From the NCBI GenBank assembly GCA_965261975.1, contig CBDHEC010000057.1:96001-160000 (forward strand): DNA of 64,000 nt, written 5' to 3'. A program made the position numbers and the translations under genes. Source of the stretch: Alphaproteobacteria bacterium. Lineage in GTDB: Bacteria; Pseudomonadota; Alphaproteobacteria; UBA6615. This document shows, one piece after another, positions 19,601-29,841 of the stretch. A model generated the notes under the pieces. It saw only the letters and a program-made list of their open reading frames with translations. It searched no databases and was not told where the DNA came from. The stretch's first letter is position 1. Each line of letters begins with the position of its first letter.

Positions 19601-21096
19601 TGCATTGTCGGCATATTGAGGCTGTGGCCTTCACGCACGCCGGACTTGGGCCAACGCGATGTGACCGCCTTGAGACGCGTGTAGAAGCGGACTCCTTCCA
19701 TGCCGTGCATGTGGGTGTCGCCGAATAGAGACCGTTTCCAGCCGCCGAAACTGTGATAGGCGACCGGCACCGGAATGGGCACGTTCACGCCGACCATTCC
19801 GATCTGCACCCGCTCGGTAAAGTCGCGCGCAGCATCGCCGTCCTTGGTGAAAATCGCGGTGCCATTGCCGTATTCGTTGCGGTTCACCATGTCGAGCGCG
19901 CTTTCGTAGTCCTTGGCGCGAACCACGGCCAGGACCGGTCCGAAAATCTCTTCCTTGTAGACGCTCATATCCTCGGTGACATGATCGAACAGGGTCCCGC
20001 CCATGAAGTAGCCGTTCTCGTAACCCTGTAGTTTCAGGCCGCGACCATCCACCGCGAGGGTCGCGCCATCGGCCACGCCCTGATCGATCAGGTTCAGAAT
20101 ACGGTCATGGGCCTGCTTGGTGACAACCGGTCCCATTTCGATATCGTCCGCATTCCCCGGGCCGATCTTCAATTCCTGGATCTTGGGCGTCAGATTGCCC
20201 ACCAGGGCATCCGCCGTGTCATCGCCGACGGCAACCGCGACGGAGACCGCCATGCAGCGTTGGCCGGCAGATCCGTAACCGGCCCCGATCAACGCATCGC
20301 TCGCCTGCTCGATATCCGCATCGGGCATCACGACCATATGGTTCTTCGCGCCGCCGAGTGCCTGCACACGCTTTCCGTGCTCGGCTGCCGTGGCGTAGAT
20401 GTATGAAGCAACCGGGGTCGAACCGACAAAGGAAACCGCGTCGACATCGGCATGGGTGAGGAGAGCATCGACAGCCTCCTTGTCGCCGTTGACCATGTTG
20501 ACGACACCTTCCGGAACGCCCGCCTCGTGGGCCAGTTCAACCAGGCGGAGGGGGCATGACGGGTCACGCTCGGACGGCTTGAGGATGAAAGTATTGCCGC
20601 AAGCGATCGACAACGGGAACATCCACAAGGGGATCATCGCCGGGAAATTGAACGGGGTAATTCCGGCACAGACCCCGACCGCCTGGCGGATCGAATAGGC
20701 ATCCACGCCCGTTCCCACGTCCTCGGTAAAGTCCCCACGCAGAAGATGCGGAATACCGCATGCATACTCGACGACCTCGCGGCCACGCAGGATGTCGCCC
20801 TTGGCATCCTCGATCGTCTTGCCATGTTCCAGGGTGATCAACTCGGCCAATTCATCGGTGTGCTGCAAAATCAGCTCGTTGAAGCGGAACATGATCCGGG
20901 CGCGCCGCAGCGGCGGCGTCGCCGACCATTCGGGCAATGCGGCTTTCGCGGCCGCGACGGCTGCATCGACATCTGCGCCGTTCGCCAAATGCACCTGCCC
21001 CACCTGCTCGCCCGTCGCCGGGTTGAACACGGGCCCCATACGATCTGATGTGCCCGAAGCGGCCGCTCCGTTAATCCAGTGGTCCAGGGTTTTCAT
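19597..21096 (-). CDS. mmsA: CoA-acylating methylmalonate-semialdehyde dehydrogenase
   Basis: ITPFNFPAM, KPSERDP, FVGSTP, GGAKNH, GQRCMA and NVPIPVP motifs; RBS before ATG 21096. Confidence 0.93.
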   Translation of the reverse strand: MKTLDHWINGAAASGTSDRMGPVFNPATGEQVGQVHLANGADVDAAVAAAKAALPEWSATPPLRRARIMFRFNELILQHTDELAELITLEHGKTIEDAKGDILRGREVVEYACGIPHLLRGDFTEDVGTGVDAYSIRQAVGVCAGITPFNFPAMIPLWMFPLSIACGNTFILKPSERDPSCPLRLVELAHEAGVPEGVVNMVNGDKEAVDALLTHADVDAVSFVGSTPVASYIYATAAEHGKRVQALGGAKNHMVVMPDADIEQASDALIGAGYGSAGQRCMAVSVAVAVGDDTADALVGNLTPKIQELKIGPGNADDIEMGPVVTKQAHDRILNLIDQGVADGATLAVDGRGLKLQGYENGYFMGGTLFDHVTEDMSVYKEEIFGPVLAVVRAKDYESALDMVNRNEYGNGTAIFTKDGDAARDFTERVQIGMVGVNVPIPVPVAYHSFGGWKRSLFGDTHMHGMEGVRFYTRLKAVTSRWPKSGVREGHSLNMPTMQ

Positions 21097-21220
21097 GACC
21101 GAATTCTCCTCCATGGGCGCGAGCGCCTCTTTTCCGGCATCCGACTGCGCGGATGTGTTTTGCGATTATAGCGGGCAATAGGAGACAGTGGGACTCCCAG
21201 CAAGCCAATGGCGCGGGAGT

Positions 21221-21721
21221 TCAGGCGTCTCCGGCCTGCGGGGCAAGATTGCTCAGTTTCCCGCGAAAGAAAATCAGCGGGTCGCCGTCCTGGACGTCGA
21301 AACGCTCGACTTCGCCGACGATGATGACGTGATCCCCACCGTCATGATGCACCACATTTCGACACTCGAAACGCGCCAGACACCCGTCGATGAGCGGCGC
21401 GCCCCCCAGTCCTTCTCCGTATTCCAGGTCAGCAAACTTGTCGGCGCCGGATTTCGCGAAGGCCATGCACTCCTCGCCCTGGGCATCACTCAGGATATGC
21501 ACGCAAAAATGGCTTGCCGCCTCGATAACCTGCAGGCTTGTCGAGTTGCGATCCAGGCTCCAGAGAATGAGCGGCGGGTCGAGCGATACGGAATTGAAGG
21601 AGCTGGCGGTGACCCCGACCAGTTCCCCATTTGCGCCTTTCGCCGTGATAATCGTGACACCGGTCGCGAAATTGCCCAATGCGTTGCGAAACTCGCGACT
21701 GTCGAAGGATGCTTCCGGCAT
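21221..21721 (-). CDS. Flavin reductase family protein (HpaC/RutF-like)
   Basis: FRNALGNFATGVT, SFNSVSLDPP and GGDH motifs. Confidence 0.92.
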   Translation of the reverse strand: MPEASFDSREFRNALGNFATGVTIITAKGANGELVGVTASSFNSVSLDPPLILWSLDRNSTSLQVIEAASHFCVHILSDAQGEECMAFAKSGADKFADLEYGEGLGGAPLIDGCLARFECRNVVHHDGGDHVIIVGEVERFDVQDGDPLIFFRGKLSNLAPQAGDA

Positions 21722-22093
21722 GCGTTCTACCTCTTGATTCCCGGGTCTTCCACATGCCGACGGCCGGGAAAACAATAGGGTCGAGATTTAGCGTCCGCAC
21801 GCCGGGTAATGCAACCGCCTGGCGCATGCGAGATCACTTTGTGGGCATCATCCAGGCGAAGGGATCGTGCAAACCCGATCTCCGATCGGCGCATATGACG
21901 AACCGGCATGACCTGCCCAATTTGGCGCCAGTTTCACATCCGTTTCACGACGCATCGCGACTATAAACAAAACAAAATATAAATGACAATTTCCGTCAAC
22001 TGCAATGAATACAACGCTATCTATCTGCTCCATTTTTCATATTAACTATATTTTTTATTCATCCTGTCGCTTCTATTATTTTATTTTCAGGAT

Positions 22094-22194
22094 TATCCGA
22101 TATTTTTTATTTCTTATCGGATATTTCTACTGTATTCGCCACCTTGACAGAATTCGAACATGTTGTGTGATACTTCCTGCGGATCACAACATGT
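22094..22194. promoter_or_regulatory. AT-rich regulatory region with two inverted repeats and a TTGACA hexamer
   Basis: TATCCGATA-N12-TATCGGATA at 22094-22123; TTGACA at 22144; ACATGTTGTG-N17-CACAACATGT at 22158-22194. Confidence 0.5.
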
Positions 22195-22242
22195 CGTGGT
22201 TCGAAGGCTTATAAGTCTGAAATAACCCAGAAGGGGGACTAG

Positions 22243-22482
22243 ATGCCCGAAAATATGATGGAGAAAGTCAAAAAATGGATAGGCCAGGTTACGGAGCTTG
22301 GCCTCCTGCTCATCGCTCTCGCGATCGTGCTGGATATCCTTACCACCGGCGAACTGCCGTTCTTTGGTGGCGTCGTGAGTGAGCTGATCGGACTGATCCA
22401 GACACTCGGCGACAACGGTGTGGTCGGTTTGATCGCAGTTGCGATCATTCTCTGGCTGTTCGCGAAAAGATCTCCGGGTTAA
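22243..22482 (+). CDS. Small hypothetical membrane protein (79 aa)
   Basis: GGGGA RBS; two hydrophobic segments; followed by hairpins. Confidence 0.8.
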   Translation: MPENMMEKVKKWIGQVTELGLLLIALAIVLDILTTGELPFFGGVVSELIGLIQTLGDNGVVGLIAVAIILWLFAKRSPG

Positions 22483-22543
22483 AGCGTTTAAACCCTCGGG
22501 TTCGCCATCAGGCAAACCCGAGGGTCTCATTTCAGGACTTTGG

Positions 22544-22575
22544 AACCGCCCCGGGCGATGGCCCGGGGCGGTTTT
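22544..22575 (+). terminator. Rho-independent terminator, preceded by a second hairpin at 22492-22525
   Basis: AACCGCCCCGGGC-GATG-GCCCGGGGCGGTT followed by TT. Confidence 0.7.
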
Positions 22576-22647
22576 CCGTTCCGGCCCTCTTGAACCCGTA
22601 TACGGGCATGGTCATGCTGCGCGAAACATCACTCGCGGAGCACTTCC

Positions 22648-23448
22648 ATGCCGATGACACCACCTCGCAAAGGCGTCGAGATTAATTATGAGATGCACGG
22701 GGACGGGCCGGCCCTGATCCTTGTCAGCGGTACCGGGCACGATCTCGGCTTCTGGGCTGGCCAGATTCCGCACTTCGCGCCGTCGTTTCGCACAATCGTC
22801 TTCGACAATCGCGGGGTCGGCGCGTCGAGTGTACCTGATCGGGGTTACAGCCTTGCCGACATGGCCGATGACGCCGCCCATATCCTGGACCATGCCGGCA
22901 TTGAACAGGCCCATGTGATGGGGTTTTCGATGGGCGGTCATATCTCTCAGGAACTCGCGCTCAATCATCCCGACCGCGTTCTCAGTCTCGGGATTCACCA
23001 CAGTTGGACCCGAAACGGCGCGCGACTGAAGAAATTCCAGGAAACGCGACTGTACCTGGCCGAACATGATCAGCGCGTCGCATTGGCCGAGATCAGCATG
23101 CTGGCCCTGCACGCCAGCGCCTATTACGACCAGCATGTGGAAGAAATGGATGACCACCGCCGCTTCCTGCTCGAGAAGTCGCCGGTCAACGCGGGCTGGA
23201 TCGGCCAGCTTGAGGCCTGCATCGTCGGCGACACCTATGACCGTCTGCCCGCGATCGACGTTCCGACACTCGTGACCTGTTCCGATCTCGACCTGATCGC
23301 GTCGCCCCATCTTTCGGCAGAGATTCACGCGCAGATTCCCGGGTCCGAGCTCAAGATTCTCGAAGGAACCGGGCATGTCGCGCTGATGGAAGACCCGGAA
23401 GGCTTCGCACAGGTGTGTCTCGACTTCCTCCGGCGGGTCGCAAACTAG
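22648..23448 (+). CDS. Alpha/beta hydrolase (enol-lactonase-like)
   Basis: DNRGVG, GFSMGG nucleophile elbow and TGH catalytic His. Confidence 0.9.
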   Translation: MPMTPPRKGVEINYEMHGDGPALILVSGTGHDLGFWAGQIPHFAPSFRTIVFDNRGVGASSVPDRGYSLADMADDAAHILDHAGIEQAHVMGFSMGGHISQELALNHPDRVLSLGIHHSWTRNGARLKKFQETRLYLAEHDQRVALAEISMLALHASAYYDQHVEEMDDHRRFLLEKSPVNAGWIGQLEACIVGDTYDRLPAIDVPTLVTCSDLDLIASPHLSAEIHAQIPGSELKILEGTGHVALMEDPEGFAQVCLDFLRRVAN

Positions 23449-23537
23449 GCGTCTACGCCCTTGAGCCGCGCCCTGCGGCGGTTGATACTTCGCACAGAAA
23501 CCGGTGAACAACACCGGACCCAATGGGAGGGACGTTC

Positions 23538-25160
23538 ATGCTCGGACAAATCATGGACAAGCCGCTGCTGATTTCGAGCCTGCTCAAGCATGCCGACTTC
23601 GCTTCCGGCGACCGCGAGATCGTGAGCCGCACGGTCGAAGGACCTATCCACCGATACACCTATCGTGACGCCCACAAGCGCGCACGCCAGCTCGCCAACG
23701 CCCTGCAGGCACTCGACGTCAAACTCGGCGACCGGATCGCCACCATGGCCTGGAATACCCATCGCCATTTCGAGATTTACTATGCGGTGTCGGGAATCGG
23801 TGCCGTCACCCATACGCTCAACCCGCGGCTGCACCCCAGCCAGCTCACCTACATCATGAACCACGCCGAAGACGCCTATGTCTTCGTGGACATGAACCTC
23901 GTCCCGCTGATCGAGGCAGTCGCGGATGATTTACCCCACCTGAAGGGCGTGATCGTCATGACCGATCGCGCAAACATGCCCGAGACGGGCCTGGCGAATG
24001 TTCTCTGCTACGAAGACCTGATCGATGGTCATTCCGACGACCTCGAATGGCCGACGTTCGACGAGAACACGGCGTCATCGCTCTGTTACACGTCGGGCAC
24101 TACGGGAAACCCTAAAGGCGCACTGTTCAGCCATCGCTCGACCGTGATCCACGCTTATGCCTCCGCACTGCCAGATGTCCTGCACCTGGGAGAGAACGAG
24201 GTCGTTCTGCCGGTGGTCCCCATGTTCCACGTCAACGCCTGGGGCATTCCCTATGGCGCGACAATGGTTGGCGCCAAGCTGGTGTTGCCGGGCCCCAAAC
24301 TCGATGGCGCCAGCATTCATGAGCTGATGGTGAGCGAGGACGTGACCTTCGCCGCGGGCGTGCCGACGATCTGGCTCATGCTGCTCGCCCACTGGCGTGA
24401 AACATCGGCGAGCGCACCCGCGCTCAAACGCACGGTCATCGGCGGCTCCGCCTGCCCCGAATCCATGATCCGGGAGTTCCAGGATGATTACGGGGTCGAG
24501 GTGCGTCATGCCTGGGGTATGACCGAGACGAGTCCGCTGGGCGCCGTCTCGATTCCCAAACCATCAATGACCGACGATGCGACGCGGTTGCGTCAGCAAA
24601 CCAAGCAAGGCCGGCCCGTATACGGGGTCGAGATGCGTATTACCGACGATGACGGCAAGGCGCTCCCCCATGACGGTAAGACGTTCGGCGATCTGCATGT
24701 GCGCGGCCCCTGGATCATCGACAGTTACTTCAAGATGGACCAGTCGGAATCGCACGACGCCGACGGCTGGTTCGCGACGGGCGACGTCGCCACCATCGAC
24801 CCGGACGGTTTCATGGAGATCACCGACCGCTCGAAGGACGTCATCAAGTCCGGCGGCGAATGGATCAGTTCGATCGAGATCGAGAATCTCGCGATGGCGC
24901 ACCCCGGGGTGGCCCAGGCGGCCGTCATCGGCGTGCCGCATCCGAAATGGGACGAACGACCGCTCCTGGTCATCGTCCCGGCGGCTGACGAAACGCCGAG
25001 CCATGCCGATATGACGGCGTTTCTGAGCGACAAACTGGCCAAATGGTGCCTGCCCGACGACACGGTCTATATCGACGAACTCCCGCTCGGGGCCACCGGC
25101 AAGGTCCTCAAGACCCGGTTGCGCGAGAAATTCGGCGATCACCAATTGCCGACGGATTGA
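23538..25160 (+). CDS. Acyl-CoA synthetase, 3-(methylthio)propionyl-CoA ligase (DmdB)-like
   Basis: [28 protein letters not shown] and [10 protein letters not shown] motifs; N-terminus like the DmdB/AlkK group. Confidence 0.85.
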   Translation: MLGQIMDKPLLISSLLKHADFASGDREIVSRTVEGPIHRYTYRDAHKRARQLANALQALDVKLGDRIATMAWNTHRHFEIYYAVSGIGAVTHTLNPRLHPSQLTYIMNHAEDAYVFVDMNLVPLIEAVADDLPHLKGVIVMTDRANMPETGLANVLCYEDLIDGHSDDLEWPTFDENTASSLCYTSGTTGNPKGALFSHRSTVIHAYASALPDVLHLGENEVVLPVVPMFHVNAWGIPYGATMVGAKLVLPGPKLDGASIHELMVSEDVTFAAGVPTIWLMLLAHWRETSASAPALKRTVIGGSACPESMIREFQDDYGVEVRHAWGMTETSPLGAVSIPKPSMTDDATRLRQQTKQGRPVYGVEMRITDDDGKALPHDGKTFGDLHVRGPWIIDSYFKMDQSESHDADGWFATGDVATIDPDGFMEITDRSKDVIKSGGEWISSIEIENLAMAHPGVAQAAVIGVPHPKWDERPLLVIVPAADETPSHADMTAFLSDKLAKWCLPDDTVYIDELPLGATGKVLKTRLREKFGDHQLPTD

Positions 25161-25207
25161 AGCTGCGCCCGCCTTCGGCGCGAGTCACCACTGAAAGAAA
25201 ACAAACC

Positions 25208-26044
25208 ATGGCCGACACTCCCACCGTTGATGAGCTGCTGCATCTCCGCTTCGACGATGCACCACGGAATGTTCCCGATGCTCCTGATGTCGACCCTTGG
25301 CACGCCATCGCAAATCATCAGTCGTGCCGCAGCTACACGGATGCACCGATCAGCACCGAGTTGGTTCACCAGCTATGCGCCCTGGCGCTGAGCTCACCCA
25401 CCAAGAGCGACCTGCAGCAGCGCGATATCATCATCGTGGAAGACCCGGAGAAACGCGCCACCATCAACGCGCTGTTCCCGGGCAGCCCCTGGATCGCCGA
25501 TGCGCCGGTGTTCCTCGTCTTTTGCGGCAACAACCGGCGCCTGCGCCAGATTCATGAACGCCACGGCCACCCGTTCGAGAATGATCACCTCGACGCCTTC
25601 TTCAATGCCGGCGTCGACGCTGGGATCGCCCTGTCGGCCTTCGTAACCGCGGCTGACGCCGCTGGCCTGGGCACCTGCCCCATCAGTACCATTCGCGATC
25701 ATCTGGACATCGTGAACGACCTGCTGGAATTGCCGGACTGGGTGTTCCCCGTCGCCGGCATGACCCTGGGCTGGCCGGGTCGCGCACCGCGGGTCAATCT
25801 GCGCCTGCCCCTCGCGGCAACCGTCCATACCGACACCTACAACGAGGACGTCCAGTGGGGTGCCATCGAGGCCTATGACGCGCGGCGTGCGGAACTTCGG
25901 CCCTATGGATCACAGCGCGACCCCGACCGCTTCGGCACCCGCGATCCCTACACCTGGTCTGAAGACAAGGCCCGCCAGTACAACGAACCCCAGCGTACGG
26001 ATTTCGGCGCCTATATCCGCAAGAAAGGGTTCGACCTGAGCTAA
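25208..26044 (+). CDS. Nitroreductase (NfsA/FRP family)
   Basis: HQSCRSY, SPTKSDLQ, GLGTCPIS and GMTLGWP motifs. Confidence 0.88.
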   Translation: MADTPTVDELLHLRFDDAPRNVPDAPDVDPWHAIANHQSCRSYTDAPISTELVHQLCALALSSPTKSDLQQRDIIIVEDPEKRATINALFPGSPWIADAPVFLVFCGNNRRLRQIHERHGHPFENDHLDAFFNAGVDAGIALSAFVTAADAAGLGTCPISTIRDHLDIVNDLLELPDWVFPVAGMTLGWPGRAPRVNLRLPLAATVHTDTYNEDVQWGAIEAYDARRAELRPYGSQRDPDRFGTRDPYTWSEDKARQYNEPQRTDFGAYIRKKGFDLS

Positions 26045-26050
26045 AGCTCG

Positions 26051-27253
26051 CTATTCGGCCGGCGCGGCGGCAAATCGAAGTGCGGGCAACAGAGATACCG
26101 CCGCGAATATCCCTACCGCCGTGATCGCCAGCAACACGAAAAGCGTGTCGAAGCCCCAGCGCCCGTGTATCCAGCCGATGAGCGGTACAGACGAGGCGAT
26201 GATCGAGAAGTTGATCGTGTAACGCAGCGCATAGACCCGGGCGCGCCACTCGCTGCGCGCCACCCGGCCAATGAGCACATCGTTGATCGGGATCTGGCTG
26301 AACACCGCAAACATGAAGGCGACCGCCACGAGCAATGCCGTCCAGCCGGTCAGCCCGGGCATCACCGAGAACAAAGCCGCCTGCAGGGCAGCGACGACCA
26401 TGAACACCCGGCGCACCGGCATGCGGTCCACGAGGTACCCCACCACCAACTGGCCGATCGAGGCGATCGCGAAGGCCAAAAAGGCGTATGACCCGACGGC
26501 GGTTGCCGAGACCGCCAGCGAGCCCAGCTGTTCATCGAATACCTTCGGCAGGCTGAAGGTCGTGCTCTGGAAAATCAGGCCGCCCAGTGACGAGGTAAGC
26601 AGGACGATGACCAAAACACGAATCATTGTTCCCCGGCCGAGTGTCAGGGCTTCCACGCCCCCTGCCGCATCCGGGCGGGCGCGTTCGCGGGCTTCATGGC
26701 TCCGCCCCCGGACCACCGCGATATAGACCAGCCCCAACAACATCGAAACGAGCCCCGGCCAGACAAACGCCGACCGCCAGCCAATATTATCGATCAGCAG
26801 CGCCGTGATCAGTGCAGCGGAAGCGACGCCCAGATTGCCGAAGATCCCATTCACCGCGATCGGCACCCCGGTGCGCGTACGCCCGTGGACGACGAGCGCA
26901 ATTCCCACCGGGTGATAGATCGCCGCGAACATACCGATCGCAAACAGCCCGACCGCCATCTGCAGAGGCGTGTCGGCAAGCGCTGTCGCCGCGGAAGACG
27001 CACCGATACCGATGAAAAATACGGCCATCATGCCCTCGCGGCTCCACCGATCCGCGAGCCAGCCCGCCGGGATGGTGAAAACCGCGAACGCCACGAAACC
27101 CGGCGTTGCATAGGTGATCAGCTGGCCGTAGCTCATGCCCCAGTCGCTGGCCAGCGCCAGCGCCGCAGCCGTCGCAAAAATGAGCATGAACAGGTGGTCG
27201 AGAAAATGACCGACGTTCAGCAGCAGAAAGTGCGCACCCTCGCGATTGAGCAA
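26051..27253 (-). CDS. MFS transporter
   Basis: About 12 TM segments; GWLADRWSR and AAIYHPVG motifs; TTG start with AGGAG RBS. Confidence 0.88.
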   Translation of the reverse strand: MLNREGAHFLLLNVGHFLDHLFMLIFATAAALALASDWGMSYGQLITYATPGFVAFAVFTIPAGWLADRWSREGMMAVFFIGIGASSAATALADTPLQMAVGLFAIGMFAAIYHPVGIALVVHGRTRTGVPIAVNGIFGNLGVASAALITALLIDNIGWRSAFVWPGLVSMLLGLVYIAVVRGRSHEARERARPDAAGGVEALTLGRGTMIRVLVIVLLTSSLGGLIFQSTTFSLPKVFDEQLGSLAVSATAVGSYAFLAFAIASIGQLVVGYLVDRMPVRRVFMVVAALQAALFSVMPGLTGWTALLVAVAFMFAVFSQIPINDVLIGRVARSEWRARVYALRYTINFSIIASSVPLIGWIHGRWGFDTLFVLLAITAVGIFAAVSLLPALRFAAAPAE

Positions 27254-27263
27254 AATCAGGCTC

Positions 27264-28025
27264 CTACCAGACTGACCAGCCGGCATCCACGATGACTGTT
27301 TCACCGTGAATCATGCGGGAATCCTCCGTCGCCAGGAACACGGCGGTCCCCGTCATGTCCTCGGGGTCGATGAAGTCGATACCCGTCGGCGTGAAGGTCT
27401 TCATCAGCTGCATATATTCCTCATTGCCCGGACCGCGCAGGTGGGCATTCAGCGGCGTCGCAACATTGCCCGGCGCGATGGAATTGACGTTGATCTTCTC
27501 CTTGCCGAGTTCGGCGGCAAGCGCGCGGGTCATGTTTACGACGCCACCCTTGGAAGCACAGTAACCCGGACAGTTCGGGAAGGCGCCGGTGCCGGCGATT
27601 GATGAGATATTCACCACCTTGCCACCACCGTTCTCGCGGAAGTGGGGCACCAGGGTCTTCACCATGAAGAAGTAACCCTTGAGATTGAGGTCGAGTTGCT
27701 CGTCCCAGATCTCCTCGGTTGTCTCCATGACAGGCACCGTGCGGAAGACACCCGCATTGTTGACCAGAATATCGACACGGCCGAATTCAGCGATCACATC
27801 CGCGACCAGTTTCTCGATGTTCTCGACCTTCGACACATCGGCCTTGAAGGCCTTGCCCTTGCCGCCCGCATCGGTGATTTCCTTGATGATGGCGTTCGCA
27901 CCGTCATCGTTGCTCTTATATACCGTGGCCACCGTCGCACCTTCGGCCGCATAGCGTTTTGCAATTGCAGCACCGATACCGACCGAACCACCCGTGACGA
28001 TGGCAATTTTATCTTTGAGTCTCAT
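27264..28025 (-). CDS. SDR family oxidoreductase
   Basis: TGGSVGIG, NNAG and YCASK motifs. Confidence 0.92.
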   Translation of the reverse strand: MRLKDKIAIVTGGSVGIGAAIAKRYAAEGATVATVYKSNDDGANAIIKEITDAGGKGKAFKADVSKVENIEKLVADVIAEFGRVDILVNNAGVFRTVPVMETTEEIWDEQLDLNLKGYFFMVKTLVPHFRENGGGKVVNISSIAGTGAFPNCPGYCASKGGVVNMTRALAAELGKEKINVNSIAPGNVATPLNAHLRGPGNEEYMQLMKTFTPTGIDFIDPEDMTGTAVFLATEDSRMIHGETVIVDAGWSVW

Positions 28026-28063
28026 TTCTGTTCTCCCTTTGGATATTCGTTTCGGCCAGGCAG

Positions 28064-29833
28064 CTATGCCGACCGCATCTCTTTAGTGCGCGCCACATCG
28101 ACCGATAAGTCGTCCGCTATCGCGACGCCGTAGATTTCTTCCGCCCGCTCACGGCTGACAATGCCCTCGCGAACATCGTGCAACACCTGTTCAGGTTCAC
28201 GCGTGCGCGGATCCCCGTATCCGCCGCCGCCCTGGGCGATCGATACCAGGGTCTCGCCATCCTCGATCCAGACGATCGAACACTGATCGAGCGTCTCACG
28301 CTCCTTGTTGCGCGTGGTCTTGAACTGGTTCGAACGCGCCGCGGGCAATCCTGCACGCGCACCCTGGGGCACATGAATATTGCCGTCATGCACGAACCCG
28401 GCCTCCATGCGGCAGTCGACGGGGCCATACTCGACCTCGATTGCCGGCGCCCCGCGGTGCCGGCCCGCACCTTCGCTATCGGGAATCAGGCGGCGGGTAT
28501 GGACATGAATCGGGGTGTACACCTCGTCGAGCTCGACGGAATCGATGAAGCACATGCCGCCATTGCCGACATGCAACATCGTCAGCCAGGCGTCCTGGTG
28601 CGGCGCGCCAGCCCCCGCCGTGTGGCCCAGGAACAGCTGGTTCACATAGGGTTTGTCGTTGCGCGGATCGATACCCGACACCACGGCCGTGGACGGCGCG
28701 CAGAAGCAACCCACCTCTCCCATGCCGAACCCGTCACCCATCTCCGCCATGGCGCGCTGGGTCGCCGACACGATGCGGTCGGCCAGATTCGTTGTCGACG
28801 CAGAACAACTGATCGGATGCCGGGGAATCCCGACCACACCCGCATCCTTGAGCTTCAGGTCGATCCGCCGCAACGAGCCTTCATTCTTTGGCACCGTGTG
28901 GTCGATGGAATTGAACACGCCGATATAGGCTGCAGTGCGCGTGCAGGATTCGGACACATTGAGCCCGCAGTTCATCTGATTGGCGTTGTCCAGCAGATCG
29001 ACCTCGATCCGTCCCGCCTCGGGGTCGACCGTGACCTTCGAGGTAACCGTGATCCCTTCTTCCGGGGTTCCGGGAATGGCATCGTGAGTCGATTGGGCCG
29101 ATGCGGTGCCTTTCGGGACCTCCGCGATGGCGTCGGACATGCGCTTCTCGGAATAATCGAACCACTGGTTGGCGAAGGCATGCAGCGTGTCCCAGCCCAC
29201 CTCTTCGCCGAGCGCAAGCAGCTCGCGCTCGCCGATCAGGGCCGAGCCCAGCATCGCCAGGAAATCACCGTGCCACTGTTCGGGGACACGGATTCGCAGC
29301 TGACACATGCGGATAATGTCGTCGACCGTCTCATAGTCCTTCAACACCTGGACAGCCGGGAAAATCAGCGCTCCCTCCTCATACACGTCGCGTGCCGTCC
29401 CGTGATAGGTGGTCGGGACCGAGTTGCCGATATCGGCCTGATGGGCCTTGGCCAGCACCGTGAAATGGTGAACCCCGTCATCATCGATAACCGGCATGAT
29501 GATGGTGTGATCCGCCGGATGGGAACAGCCATGGTAGGGCGAGTTGTGTAAGAAGGCGTCGCCTTTCTTGAGTTCGGGGTGAAACTCCTTCATCGAGCGG
29601 GCCATGATATCGGGCCCCGACAGCACGTGGATCGGCAGGCTCTCGGCGACGGCAAGCAGCTCGCAGTCCGCCGTCAGGATACAGCAGGAAAAATCCTTCG
29701 CCCGGTTCAGAACGCCGGACCGACCCGTTCGCAAAAGAGTATTCCCCATCTTCGAGGAAATCCCCTCGAACCGGTTGGCCAGGATGGCGAGCCGGGCGCC
29801 GTCGAGTTGTTTTTCGGATTTCGCGTTCATCAT
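28064..29833 (-). CDS. Hydantoinase B/oxoprolinase family protein
   Basis: DFSC, HNSPYHGCSHPAD, AHQADIG, DSEGAGRHRG and GGGGYGDP motifs. Confidence 0.9.
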   Translation of the reverse strand: MMNAKSEKQLDGARLAILANRFEGISSKMGNTLLRTGRSGVLNRAKDFSCCILTADCELLAVAESLPIHVLSGPDIMARSMKEFHPELKKGDAFLHNSPYHGCSHPADHTIIMPVIDDDGVHHFTVLAKAHQADIGNSVPTTYHGTARDVYEEGALIFPAVQVLKDYETVDDIIRMCQLRIRVPEQWHGDFLAMLGSALIGERELLALGEEVGWDTLHAFANQWFDYSEKRMSDAIAEVPKGTASAQSTHDAIPGTPEEGITVTSKVTVDPEAGRIEVDLLDNANQMNCGLNVSESCTRTAAYIGVFNSIDHTVPKNEGSLRRIDLKLKDAGVVGIPRHPISCSASTTNLADRIVSATQRAMAEMGDGFGMGEVGCFCAPSTAVVSGIDPRNDKPYVNQLFLGHTAGAGAPHQDAWLTMLHVGNGGMCFIDSVELDEVYTPIHVHTRRLIPDSEGAGRHRGAPAIEVEYGPVDCRMEAGFVHDGNIHVPQGARAGLPAARSNQFKTTRNKERETLDQCSIVWIEDGETLVSIAQGGGGYGDPRTREPEQVLHDVREGIVSRERAEEIYGVAIADDLSVDVARTKEMRSA

Positions 29834-29841
29834 CCTGTCCT

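Noticed and set aside
22005-22214. 69-aa Phe/Ile/Tyr-rich ORF
   Set aside because: A by-product of the AT-rich tract; no RBS seen.
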